A stretch of 64,000 bases of DNA, taken from a virus. Taxonomy: Duplodnaviria > Caudoviricetes. Position numbers and translations under genes: made by a program. Positions 28,783 to 38,120 of this stretch are shown here, piece after piece. The notes below the pieces were generated by a model, which worked only from the letters and a program-made list of their open reading frames with translations, did not search any database and had not been told where the DNA came from. Numbering within the stretch: the stretch's first letter is position 1; every line of letters begins with the position of its first letter. Where the stretch lies: IMG/VR virus record IMGVR_UViG_3300042542_006078; one strand, 5' to 3'.

Positions 28783-29001
28783 ATGGAAATATCACAAATT
28801 TTTGCTTCCATGTTGGACAAACCAGATGCTCCCAAATTTTATAGGGAACTTCAATCGTACTATCAAAAAAAGAACTTGAATGACGAAGCGTTAGCCATAG
28901 GTTTTTTATTAGAGAACAAATTTGGAAAAAATAATGAACAGTCCTCTGACGGTGAACATGTTAGTGAGGAACAATCAAGAAACAATTCAGAATTTTCTTG
29001 A
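28783..29001 (+). CDS. Hypothetical protein
   Basis: TATAAT at 28772-28777, 5 nt before ATG. Confidence 0.55.
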   Translation: MEISQIFASMLDKPDAPKFYRELQSYYQKKNLNDEALAIGFLLENKFGKNNEQSSDGEHVSEEQSRNNSEFS

Positions 29002-29899
29002 TTCAACCAAAGAAATTAAATTCAATTTATTGGTTGGCGATTTAGGTTCGTCAGACAAAACAATTGATATATTGGCTCAAAAAGGCGCAAAAATAATTAA
29101 ATTGGCAGGATGCGAAGATTTTGCAAAAGCTCGAAATGAATTAATTTCCCAGACAAAAACAGATTGGATTCTACAATTAGAACCATATGAAAGTTTTCTT
29201 TCTGGATTAGAAATTATAAAAAATGCTGTTGCTGGCCCTGCTTATTCTTATAACTTTGGTGTCATGCAGGGTGATATAATAACAAGACAAACCAGATTGT
29301 GGCACAAATCAATTGGACTCAAATTTACTAACCCTGTGTATGAAACCATCGAAAATGAATCGAATTTTATAAATGTTTTCTTATCTTCTGCAAATAATCA
29401 AAACTATTCTTACATTAAAGAATTGACTAAAAAATGGCATGAAAGACAACCTTTGTTGCCAGACCCTGTCTATTATATGGCTTGCAATGAATTGCTAGAT
29501 AAAAATTGGGACTCATTTATAAATTATGCTGATTTATATTTACACCAACAAAAAAAACCAACAATATCATACTATATGACTCATTACTATATGTCAATGG
29601 TTCTGTGTTACATGAAAAAAGACTATAAAAATTCTTTGAATCACATAGTAAACTGTATTATAAAAAAGCCTACAATGGCTGAATTTTGGTGTATGCTGGC
29701 AGATATATTTTACGCAATTAAACAATATGACAAGGCTTTTTCTTTCTATAATAACGCAAAAATACTTGGCTCAAGAAGATTGGCAGCATGCGATTGGCCA
29801 ATGGAAATATCCAAGTATGATCAATACCCTACCAAAATGATTGATTCATGTAAAAAAATGATGAAAAATACAACTTTGTATTACAAAAATTCAGAATAA
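28922..29899 (+). CDS. GT2-like glycosyltransferase with TPR-like C-terminus (degenerate DxD)
   Basis: GDLGSSDKT, DFAKARN, WILQLEPYE where LDADE is expected. Confidence 0.7.
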   Translation: MEKIMNSPLTVNMLVRNNQETIQNFLDSTKEIKFNLLVGDLGSSDKTIDILAQKGAKIIKLAGCEDFAKARNELISQTKTDWILQLEPYESFLSGLEIIKNAVAGPAYSYNFGVMQGDIITRQTRLWHKSIGLKFTNPVYETIENESNFINVFLSSANNQNYSYIKELTKKWHERQPLLPDPVYYMACNELLDKNWDSFINYADLYLHQQKKPTISYYMTHYYMSMVLCYMKKDYKNSLNHIVNCIIKKPTMAEFWCMLADIFYAIKQYDKAFSFYNNAKILGSRRLAACDWPMEISKYDQYPTKMIDSCKKMMKNTTLYYKNSE

Positions 29900-30271
29900 A
29901 ACATCAAGCTCGTTAACAATAACTGTCACCATGTCTTCATATCGTGCAATAGCAATTTGTTTCCGACCGCTTGGAAGTTTTTTGAGTTCCTTTTCCAAAT
30001 CTTCGGCTTTGCAATTAATTACACGCCAATTGTTTTCGGCAAGTTTCTTAGCTTCATCGTCAAGATTTGCGACAGATCGATTTGGAAAGTATTGCTGCAA
30101 TTGCTCCTTGGCCTCAGACATGACCTTTTTATAGATTGGAACATTGCAAGCGCAACCGGGATTGTTCAGATATTTTTGAATATCTGATGTAAAACTAGGA
30201 GGCAAGCTCTCACGGAACCTACTGTCACGGAGAGCTTGCTTTACATCCATTAGTCCAATTGGTCTACTCAT
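29891..30271 (-). CDS. Hypothetical protein
   Basis: 126-aa ORF, NNPGCACN. Confidence 0.65.
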   Translation of the reverse strand: MSRPIGLMDVKQALRDSRFRESLPPSFTSDIQKYLNNPGCACNVPIYKKVMSEAKEQLQQYFPNRSVANLDDEAKKLAENNWRVINCKAEDLEKELKKLPSGRKQIAIARYEDMVTVIVNELDVLF

Positions 30272-30572
30272 TTTTTTCTTCTATTTCCTCTTCTATTTCC
30301 TCTTCTACATTTTCAACTTTATAAGCCTTGACTGTGAAGCCGCAATTTGGGCATTTGAACATTTTTGTTCTTTTTTTATTTGGTGCGTTAACAGATTTTT
30401 TTTTCACAATATCAAGTTTTGGTATGTTTCTTGGTATGTCGCTTTGCTTTATTTGCAACAAATCACCGATGTCGTTTCCTTTGGAGAAACGCTTAAAGTG
30501 GCATTTGTTGCAATGCAAAACATATAGATTAGGATTTTCCTTCATTTGTCTCTTCAGATGGTAGATTGACAA
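30264..30572 (-). CDS. Zinc-ribbon protein
   Basis: CNKC...CPNC. Confidence 0.65.
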   Translation of the reverse strand: MSIYHLKRQMKENPNLYVLHCNKCHFKRFSKGNDIGDLLQIKQSDIPRNIPKLDIVKKKSVNAPNKKRTKMFKCPNCGFTVKAYKVENVEEEIEEEIEEKNE

Positions 30573-30879
30573 TAGTTGCTGATTCTATCCAGTTCATAAT
30601 GACTGCTGCGAAGTTTGAAATGAAACCTCCTGCACAGCCACAGGCAAATATTTCAAATAGATTATTTGAAAGCCAAACCCAGCCCATAAAGAAGCCGCAC
30701 CAAGTGCCGCAACACAAGTAGCAATCGACTACTCCTCCAAGTTTTGGAACACGCATTTTGATTGAAATGCTTTTGACAAGATCCCGAAACCATTGAAGTA
30801 TTGATCCGTCCACAATGATATGTGACATTCCAATGGTGCTAATTAAAAACATAAAAAGTTCAACAAAATTCATGGTCAT
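30529..30879 (-). CDS. Small membrane protein, DUF1360-like
   Basis: Hydrophobic helices with CYLCCGTW; start at ATGA overlap. Confidence 0.6.
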   Translation of the reverse strand: MTMNFVELFMFLISTIGMSHIIVDGSILQWFRDLVKSISIKMRVPKLGGVVDCYLCCGTWCGFFMGWVWLSNNLFEIFACGCAGGFISNFAAVIMNWIESATIVNLPSEETNEGKS

Positions 30880-31241
30880 CTCCAAAATGTTGCCACAACT
30901 CCATCTTTGTTCATTGTGATACAGAAGTCCTTGAATTCTGTATACTTGCAAAGATCGTCGTGTTGTTCATTTGTAAAATTATAATGTTCGACTATGTTGG
31001 CATTCAACCTGCCAACAAATACTTGTTTTCCAAAATGATCTGTTAATCTTTGCAATTGTTCTTTTTCCAATCCATTCAGAACATTCATCAAACTTTTTTG
31101 TCCCAGTTGTCTAAGACCGGGAGACATTTGTGAAATTCTCCATGAATCAAAATCGTTTCTGAACTCAGGCAATAGTTCCCGAACATTTTTGTCAAGAAAA
31201 AACATTTCTTCTATATTCTGAAAGTTAATTTCCATGTACAA
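30876..31241 (-). CDS. Hypothetical protein
   Basis: 121-aa ORF, translationally coupled cluster. Confidence 0.6.
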   Translation of the reverse strand: MYMEINFQNIEEMFFLDKNVRELLPEFRNDFDSWRISQMSPGLRQLGQKSLMNVLNGLEKEQLQRLTDHFGKQVFVGRLNANIVEHYNFTNEQHDDLCKYTEFKDFCITMNKDGVVATFWR

Positions 31242-31337
31242 CTCTTAAAAAAATATTTCTTATACTATAATAGTAACGAAAACTAGACAATCCGTCACTA
31301 AATGCAGGACGGGCGAACAAAAATCAGGAGTAAAAAA

Positions 31338-32441
31338 ATGGCAGATGAAAGTTTCCGCATGAGAAGGCCAAGCGATCAGAGTCAAGATACCGCACAATCA
31401 TCAGCGCCCCTAGATTCAGTCAATCAGATTCGTCAACAAGTTGCAGCCGAATCGGGAGACCCCATTGATGCTTCGACTGCTGGAATTCCAATCTCAGGGA
31501 ACATTCCTCCCGCTTTTGCTGCTGCGTTAGCAGCGGCAAAATCTACCACTCAGCCAAAGCGTGGCCTAAACAATATGAGTTCTGTCAGCGAAAATAATTC
31601 GTACACAACGCCGTCCAACACACTTTCTGGCTCAAATGCATCTGGCCACCTCAAGGAGCTTCTTGAAGGTCTTCGTGGCTCAACAACCGTATTTGAAGAG
31701 ATTGAATTGCCATCCAAAGGTAAGTTCTATGATGGCGAAAATGGACCAAGCAATGGCATTGTGTCTTTGAGGCCTATGACTGGCGAAGAAGAGCAGATTT
31801 TGGCTACTCCTCGATTTGTTAAGAAGGGTCAAGCCATCAACATGATTTTTCAAAAGTGCTTGAAGGAAAACTTCCGCACAGAAAATCTGCTCACTATCGA
31901 CAGAACATATTTGCTTATCTATCTTCGTGGCATCAGTTATGGGCCAAGTTACGATGTGGAAATCAAGTGCCCTGAATGTGAAACAAAGTTCTCAACAAGT
32001 ATTGACCTTAATAGTTTGTATGTGGAATACACTCCCGACGATTTCGGCCCAGAACTTCGTGATGTCCTTCCGACATCCAAGCTGCCATTCAGCTATCGAC
32101 TTTCAAGTGGAAAGGACGAGCAAGAAATTCAAGACCATCGTGACAGAAGAATCAAGGCTTTTGGCGACAATGGTGTAGATGACACTTTGATCTACAGAAC
32201 AGCGCAATTGCTAAATGATATTGATGGGATTGTAAATAAGAATGAATTGCAGATCCTTCTAAAGAATTTGCCAATTAATGATGTTTCTTACATCAGAAAC
32301 TTGATTAACGAACCTCCATTTGGAGTAAACACAGATGTAGATATTGTTTGTCCAAGCTGCTTGGCCGAATTCAACATCGATCTGCCACTTGAAGCAAATT
32401 TTTTCTTCCCTCGGCGAAAGAAGGCCAAGACCCAAGCATAG
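31338..32441 (+). CDS. Baseplate hub assembly/tail chaperone, T4 gp26-like
   Basis: IELPSKGKFY, LRPMTGEEEQIL, DRTYLLIYLRGISYG, CPEC/CPSC; SD AGGAG. Confidence 0.8.
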   Translation: MADESFRMRRPSDQSQDTAQSSAPLDSVNQIRQQVAAESGDPIDASTAGIPISGNIPPAFAAALAAAKSTTQPKRGLNNMSSVSENNSYTTPSNTLSGSNASGHLKELLEGLRGSTTVFEEIELPSKGKFYDGENGPSNGIVSLRPMTGEEEQILATPRFVKKGQAINMIFQKCLKENFRTENLLTIDRTYLLIYLRGISYGPSYDVEIKCPECETKFSTSIDLNSLYVEYTPDDFGPELRDVLPTSKLPFSYRLSSGKDEQEIQDHRDRRIKAFGDNGVDDTLIYRTAQLLNDIDGIVNKNELQILLKNLPINDVSYIRNLINEPPFGVNTDVDIVCPSCLAEFNIDLPLEANFFFPRRKKAKTQA

Positions 32442-32629
32442 GTCTTTGGGAACAATTAGCCGAGGAAATATTCTTCTTTCAGTATCACATGCAGATGGAC
32501 ATGACTATGTCTATGAGACTGCCTATCAATCTTAGAAAATGGCTGATTGAAAGATTCATACAGCAAAAAGAAAATGAAAAGCAGGCCGCAGACGCACAAC
32601 AAAGAAAAGGCAGACAGAGGTCTAAATGA
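32393..32629 (+). CDS. gp51/T-like domain in the -1 frame of the gp26-like gene (no own start; missed by ORF track)
   Basis: Open from the TGA at 32390-32392 to the TGA at 32627-32629; LWEQLAEEIFFFQYHMQM..LPINLRKWLIERF; its stop overlaps the next ATG. Confidence 0.7.
   Translation, partial: SKFFLPSAKEGQDPSIGLWEQLAEEIFFFQYHMQMDMTMSMRLPINLRKWLIERFIQQKENEKQAADAQQRKGRQRSK
32396..32465 (+). other. Predicted -1 programmed ribosomal frameshift signal
   Basis: In-frame slippery heptamers A_AAT_TTT (32396-32402) and T_TTT_TTC (32399-32405); stem CCTCGGC 32409-32415/GCCGAGG 32459-32465 enclosing AAGACC/GGTCTT. Confidence 0.7.
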
Positions 32630-33366
32630 GCAAGGAAAGATACCAAAGCCCTGTATGCGGAGACACAGTAAACCTGAGATTGTTTACATATAACTCCAAT
32701 AACAGGTCTAATGTTTCGAGTATTAGCAAAGTTAGCATCTTTACCATAGATGATTCTTTGAAAAGTGCTGAAAATCCTGAAGGATTAAGATTGGTCGAAG
32801 AAATTGACGGAAGTCAGATTCAATTAGCTGAAACTGGTGAATACATCCTGCCTTTGTATATCAACCCAGATTTATATGGTGTTGGTCAACACTATGACTT
32901 CTGGTCAGTAGTTTTTGAAAATGGAACATGTGCAAACGACGATATAAGAAACGCATTCAAGATTGCTCCTGATCTTTGGTTTACCAGTCCAAGCCCTATT
33001 CTTTACGACTTTAATTTTCAGTTCAGGCCAAATCGAGTTAGAAAAGGAAGCAAGAGGTATATCCTCATTAAAGTCACGCCTAATGTTCCACAAGGTGCCG
33101 ATCTAGTATCCTATTATGAAAATATTGCCATAGTCTCCGATATTAGGGTATCCATGGAAATCGCCTGCGGAGAATGTGTACCCGCAGAAACCGATCTAAG
33201 GCTCGTTGTAGATCGGCACCTTGTGGAATATAGGCAAGATAGCTACGCATATTGGTTTATAGATACAACTCAACTTGATGAGGGCATCTATAATGTTTGG
33301 TTTGAAACAACTCTTGGGGAAAGCACTTTCGTCTCTGAAAAATACGCTCTTCAGATTTACTCTTGA
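32626..33366 (+). CDS. Hypothetical, probable structural beta-sandwich protein
   Basis: ATGA-coupled to the hidden ORF; GEYIL..GQHYDFW, EGIYNVWF. Confidence 0.65.
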   Translation: MSKERYQSPVCGDTVNLRLFTYNSNNRSNVSSISKVSIFTIDDSLKSAENPEGLRLVEEIDGSQIQLAETGEYILPLYINPDLYGVGQHYDFWSVVFENGTCANDDIRNAFKIAPDLWFTSPSPILYDFNFQFRPNRVRKGSKRYILIKVTPNVPQGADLVSYYENIAIVSDIRVSMEIACGECVPAETDLRLVVDRHLVEYRQDSYAYWFIDTTQLDEGIYNVWFETTLGESTFVSEKYALQIYS

Positions 33367-33378
33367 TGTATTTTACTT

Positions 33379-33414
33379 AAAAGCACAGACAGGATATTAC
33401 CTGTCTGTGCTTTT
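33379..33414 (+). terminator. Intrinsic terminator
   Basis: AAAAGCACAGACAGG-ATATTA-CCTGTCTGTGCTTTT. Confidence 0.9.
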
Positions 33415-33485
33415 TCGTTTCAATAAACATTCAATCATATTGCTGTTTATTGTGTTGAGTCAAATACCATCATAGAGGTAATGTA

Positions 33486-35066
33486 ATGAGCGTTTCTCAG
33501 GCAAAAATTGACTTCTGGATTAAAAACAACTTCAATGTAATGTTCGTTGGTCGTCATGGTGTTGGTAAAACAGCTATGGTCACCGATGCCTTTGATCGCC
33601 ACAAATTGAGGTGGCGTTACTTTTCTGCATCAACGATGGACCCTTGGTGCGACTTCATCGGCGTTCCCAAAGAAAAAATTGACAATCCCTTGTGCGAACA
33701 AATGCAACTTGTTCGCCAAATTGCTGAAGTTAATTTCAGCACAGCGGTTTCATACATTCAGCAAAATTGGAAGTTGACAGATAAAAACGCTGCTGAAGAA
33801 CTTGTCAATCACGCCATGCGTGATAATGGCCCAGCATATCTTGAACTTGTAAGGCCGCAAGATTTTGCTAATGACCAAATCGAAGCCTTGTTCTTCGATG
33901 AATTCAATCGTAGCCCCAAGAAGATTCGCAACGCTGTTATGGAACTAATTCAATTCAAAAGCATTAATGGCAAGAAATTTTCCAACCTAAAAATCGTTTG
34001 GTGTGCCATCAATCCAGATAATGATGAAGCACTCAAGTATGATGTTGAAACACTTGACTCTGCACAAACTGACCGTTTTCAAGTTTCGGTAAACATTCCA
34101 TACAAACCAAACAAGGATTGGTTCCGTGCCACCTATGGCCAAAAGTTTGCTGATTCTGCAATCATGTGGTGGGAAAATCTGAACGAAGAGACTAAAAATG
34201 TTGTGAGCCCACGCAGGCTCCAATATGCATTGGACTGCTTTGTTGCCAAGGGTGACCCTAGGGATATTTTGCCAGCAAGCAGCAATGTGAATAAGTTGAT
34301 TGCAACTTTGAAAAATGGTCCAATCACGGATCAGGTTGAAGAGATCTTCAAGAACAAGGATAAGCAAGCTGCCAAAGATTTTATTCAGAATGAAAATAAT
34401 TTCTTTGATGCCATCAATCACATCCTTAAGTCTGTCACTATGACAAACTTCTTCGCCCCGACTATGGCAAAGGAGAAGATTACAAGCTTGATGTCGTCTG
34501 ATGAAAAGTTTTGTAAACATGTTATAGAAAATCTCGATGTTGTTCCAGTTTTTCATGGAATCTGCAAAGAAATTCTGAAAGCTAATCTTGATGCCGTGCT
34601 TGTCAAGAAGATCAGAAAAACTCTGACCGAAAATGAGAAGATCCAGAAGGCCTTTATCAAGGATTCAATTGAGGAGCCTAAAAGCTCAGTTGCCCCTCAT
34701 TTCAACAAAAACAAGCTGGACTGGGGCGTTGAGTTAACAAGTTTGGAATCAATGCCATTAAATAATTCGCACGACAAGATTATCATTTATGACAAGATAA
34801 TCAAAAACATACCTGAAAAATTAGATTTCGGTTCTGCCATGAGAACTTTGAAATTGATTTGCAAAGTTGTCGAGCCATTTCACAACAACTTGATTGAACT
34901 TGATAAGATGTTTGGGACAGTCAACCATTGTTTGGTTTCTATTCAGAAGGAAAAAAAAGTTTCCTTCCAAGAAATCTACAAAATGCAAGTAGATGAATTC
35001 AATATTTTGCTTAACAAGATTCGCCAACAAGAACTCGATTGGAAGATGGTGCGTGATGAGCAATAA
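33486..35066 (+). CDS. MoxR-like AAA+ ATPase
   Basis: Walker A GRHGVGKT, Walker B LFFDEFNR, CAINP, DSAQTDRF, SPRRL. Confidence 0.88.
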   Translation: MSVSQAKIDFWIKNNFNVMFVGRHGVGKTAMVTDAFDRHKLRWRYFSASTMDPWCDFIGVPKEKIDNPLCEQMQLVRQIAEVNFSTAVSYIQQNWKLTDKNAAEELVNHAMRDNGPAYLELVRPQDFANDQIEALFFDEFNRSPKKIRNAVMELIQFKSINGKKFSNLKIVWCAINPDNDEALKYDVETLDSAQTDRFQVSVNIPYKPNKDWFRATYGQKFADSAIMWWENLNEETKNVVSPRRLQYALDCFVAKGDPRDILPASSNVNKLIATLKNGPITDQVEEIFKNKDKQAAKDFIQNENNFFDAINHILKSVTMTNFFAPTMAKEKITSLMSSDEKFCKHVIENLDVVPVFHGICKEILKANLDAVLVKKIRKTLTENEKIQKAFIKDSIEEPKSSVAPHFNKNKLDWGVELTSLESMPLNNSHDKIIIYDKIIKNIPEKLDFGSAMRTLKLICKVVEPFHNNLIELDKMFGTVNHCLVSIQKEKKVSFQEIYKMQVDEFNILLNKIRQQELDWKMVRDEQ

Positions 35067-36372
35067 CAAGATTTCCAACGAAGAATGGCTTGAGATTTCC
35101 AATGAGTTGGAACCACACCATGCTGTTTTTTACAAAGTTTGGCAGATGGGAAGGCCTGTTTTTGATGAAAGCATTACCACAGCCTGTGTTCAATTTGACA
35201 AGGATGGTAATTTTATTGTCTTTCGTTTCAATCCTTCTTTTTGGAATTCTTTGGACCTATATAACAAACTGTTTGTGATTTGCCATGAGGCTCTTCACAT
35301 TGTTCTGAATCATGGAATCAGGGCAAAAGACTCAGGTTGTAATCAGCAAGCCACAAATGTGGCCATGGACATTGTTGTAAATCACACACTTGTCCGTGGT
35401 TTTGGGTTTTCAAGGAAGCTTATTGAAAACTCTGAGGACTATTGTTGGGTTGACACTGTATTCAAAAAACATGATCCCTTGCCATCCGATAATGAGAACT
35501 TTGAATATTATTACAACCTCTTTGAACAAGAGTTTGGCAACAACGGTATGGGTTCGGAAAAAGGCGAAAAGGGAAGTTCTCAGCATCCTTCAACTGTTGA
35601 CGATCACTCTGGTCTTGGAGACCAATCTTCTGATTGGGAAGAGGTTATTGATCAACTCAGCAATGAACTCTCTGATGAAGAAAAGAAAACACTCGAATCA
35701 ACGATTAAAAAACATTTCCAAAAAAAATCTGATCCAAATGAACAAAGCGATAAGATTGCAGGCTCTGGTACTGGAGGACAATGGGTTTTTATTTCTGGAG
35801 AAAGGCCTAAAAAGAAAAAGAAATGGGAGACTTGTATCAAGAAATGGGCTATGAAATCTGTTAAAAACGACGATATTGAAACAGAACAATGGGTCAAGCT
35901 TAATAGGCGCATGTCCTTGCTTGGAAGAAACCTACTAGTTCCTTCCGACATGGAAACAGAAGATAGGAATCAAGAACTAAAGAAGATTGATGTGTGGTTC
36001 TTTCTCGACACAAGTGGTAGCTGTTGGAATTTGAAAGATAGATTTTTTGCAGCAGCCGAATCGCTTCCAGAAGAGCAATTCGCAATAAGGCTTTTCTGTT
36101 TCGACACTACTGTTCAGGAAACCAATTTGAAAGATAGAAAAGTATATGGTGGTGGAGGAACATCATTCTTGATTATTGAGAATCATATCAAAAATGTGAT
36201 CAAGAAAGAAAGTTGTAAATACCCATCATCAGTTTGGATTATTACTGATGGTTTTGGAGACGGTGTTAAACCACAACATCCAGATAGATGGAATTGGTTC
36301 TTGACAGAAGACGGATATGATCGATTCATTCCAGCAGAATCATTGAAATACAAACTCAAGGATTATGAGTGA
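35056..36372 (+). CDS. DUF2201-like metallopeptidase plus VWA domain protein
   Basis: CHEALH, NVAMDIVVN, DTSGS MIDAS, GGGTSF, ITDG; start moved to MSNNK. Confidence 0.85.
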   Translation: MSNNKISNEEWLEISNELEPHHAVFYKVWQMGRPVFDESITTACVQFDKDGNFIVFRFNPSFWNSLDLYNKLFVICHEALHIVLNHGIRAKDSGCNQQATNVAMDIVVNHTLVRGFGFSRKLIENSEDYCWVDTVFKKHDPLPSDNENFEYYYNLFEQEFGNNGMGSEKGEKGSSQHPSTVDDHSGLGDQSSDWEEVIDQLSNELSDEEKKTLESTIKKHFQKKSDPNEQSDKIAGSGTGGQWVFISGERPKKKKKWETCIKKWAMKSVKNDDIETEQWVKLNRRMSLLGRNLLVPSDMETEDRNQELKKIDVWFFLDTSGSCWNLKDRFFAAAESLPEEQFAIRLFCFDTTVQETNLKDRKVYGGGGTSFLIIENHIKNVIKKESCKYPSSVWIITDGFGDGVKPQHPDRWNWFLTEDGYDRFIPAESLKYKLKDYE

Positions 36373-36947
36373 TTATCCTTTGATTCTTGCATCAATATGT
36401 CTTTGTCGAAGAAGAAATCATCACCCAACTTCAGCAGATGCTCTAATGCTACTGCTGTCCACTTTCCATATTTCATGGAATATTTGAATTCATGATCAGA
36501 CAATTCATTAGTAAGAACAAAAGCAAGCCAAGGTTTTCTTGTCTTTTTCCAACACATAATTGGTTTTCTGCCACACCTTTTACTGTCGCTCATAGCTTGA
36601 TCAAGGAAGCCGTCTATTTCGCTATTTCCACGAACAAAAATAGAATTCATATCAATTCCATCGTATCCACCTTTGGATTCAATCACAAACTTGAATGCCT
36701 TGGGCACAACCAAATCACCACTAAAAACTTCTCTGGCGTGTTTTGGCAAATTATCAACTTGAGACCAGCGGTTACCCGATCCAACTGATCTTGAGAAACT
36801 TTGACCAAATCTTTCGGTAAGAATTTTTGAAAGGTCAAGCTCCGTTCGGCTTCCTTTCTTTTTACCATTTACTTTTTTCTTAATTTTCTTTTTATTGACT
36901 ATATCATCTGATATAAAATCATCGAAATCTTCAAATTCGTGTGTCAT
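36363..36947 (-). CDS. Holliday-junction resolvase-like PD-(D/E)xK nuclease
   Basis: KKKGSRTEL, RSVGSG, GDL, FVIESK, WKKTRKPWL. Confidence 0.75.
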   Translation of the reverse strand: MTHEFEDFDDFISDDIVNKKKIKKKVNGKKKGSRTELDLSKILTERFGQSFSRSVGSGNRWSQVDNLPKHAREVFSGDLVVPKAFKFVIESKGGYDGIDMNSIFVRGNSEIDGFLDQAMSDSKRCGRKPIMCWKKTRKPWLAFVLTNELSDHEFKYSMKYGKWTAVALEHLLKLGDDFFFDKDILMQESKDNHS

Positions 36948-36966
36948 GTAATAGATGAGTAAAAAA

Positions 36967-38106
36967 TCAACGATTTATAATTACGCTCATTTCTTCCAAT
37001 TCTTTTTTCTTGCTTTCCAGATCGGCTAGCAATTCTTCAAATTCTAAAGAACCTATTGAATTTTCTTGAGCCAATTGTTCTGCATATTGCCTAATATTAT
37101 TGACGATATCAATTATTTGATCGCATTTCCTATCAAGAAGATCGAGTCTCAAATTAGAAGAAACAACAACAGCGGGTTTTTCAACTTTTTTCAATCTTTC
37201 GTTCTCATCTAGTTCAGTTATAAATTTACAAGAATGTTCAGATTGTTTGATTTCATATCTAACCCCATCAAATGTCCAAGGAACAGCCTCAGATTTGACA
37301 ACATCATATTTCAATACAGAATTGACATGAAAATTTTCCGAGTCGGTTTTGAAACACCAAACTTGTCCATCGGGTATTTCAATTAATTTCTGAGATCTAG
37401 AAAATCCTTTAATGGTATTGCATTCTTTAATTGCTTCTTCCCATATTGCTGGCTCAGAAATGAAAAATATTTGACCTAATGATTCCCTTGTATCAACTAC
37501 CCATAGTGGTCGGTGTTGATTGCGAAAAAGCCAAAGCCATCTTTCTCCATTTGATCCTCTTTTACCGACAGCTACAGCCATGTGTCCTTCATTAATCAAT
37601 GAAAAAATATCTTTAATTCCAGAAGTCACTTCCTGAGGCATGATGTCATCAAATTTTTCAATCATGCTTGCGTTTTCAAGTATTCTAAGAAGAATTTCAG
37701 AATCACAGTTAGATTTGACAGCGTATTTTTGTTTCAGGTTATTGTATTCAATATCATCAACTCTGCCATTGTGTACAAGGCATAATGACTTGTCTTGGCT
37801 GATAAAAGGATGATTGTTGGCATTTATTGCTGGTTCTCCAACTCCTTTTGAAGCTCCTCTGGTGTGGCACAAAATCATGTTGAATTCATAATTGCTCAAA
37901 TCACGCCAAACATCTTTTTTTACAAATTCTTTTGATCTTGTTGGTTCTTTGTGGAATAAAACGGCTCCATCAGCACCTTTTTCTGTGCCGTAAAAACCGC
38001 TTGCGTCTACTCCTCTTGATTCACTTTTTTCAAAAATTTTAGATAAAATATGAAAAGAAATTATAGGCTTTTTAGATTGGCCTATAAATCCAGCTAATCC
38101 ACAAAT
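36967..38106 (-). CDS. Class II (Ntn) glutamine amidotransferase-like protein with ATT start
   Basis: Frame extends 69 codons beyond the ORF track to ATT-TGT-GGA-TTA-GCT-GGA (MCGLAG); RGVDASG, HTRGAS, NNHPF, HNG, CDSE. Confidence 0.8.
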   Translation of the reverse strand: MCGLAGFIGQSKKPIISFHILSKIFEKSESRGVDASGFYGTEKGADGAVLFHKEPTRSKEFVKKDVWRDLSNYEFNMILCHTRGASKGVGEPAINANNHPFISQDKSLCLVHNGRVDDIEYNNLKQKYAVKSNCDSEILLRILENASMIEKFDDIMPQEVTSGIKDIFSLINEGHMAVAVGKRGSNGERWLWLFRNQHRPLWVVDTRESLGQIFFISEPAIWEEAIKECNTIKGFSRSQKLIEIPDGQVWCFKTDSENFHVNSVLKYDVVKSEAVPWTFDGVRYEIKQSEHSCKFITELDENERLKKVEKPAVVVSSNLRLDLLDRKCDQIIDIVNNIRQYAEQLAQENSIGSLEFEELLADLESKKKELEEMSVIINR

Positions 38107-38120
38107 ATATCACCTCTCAA

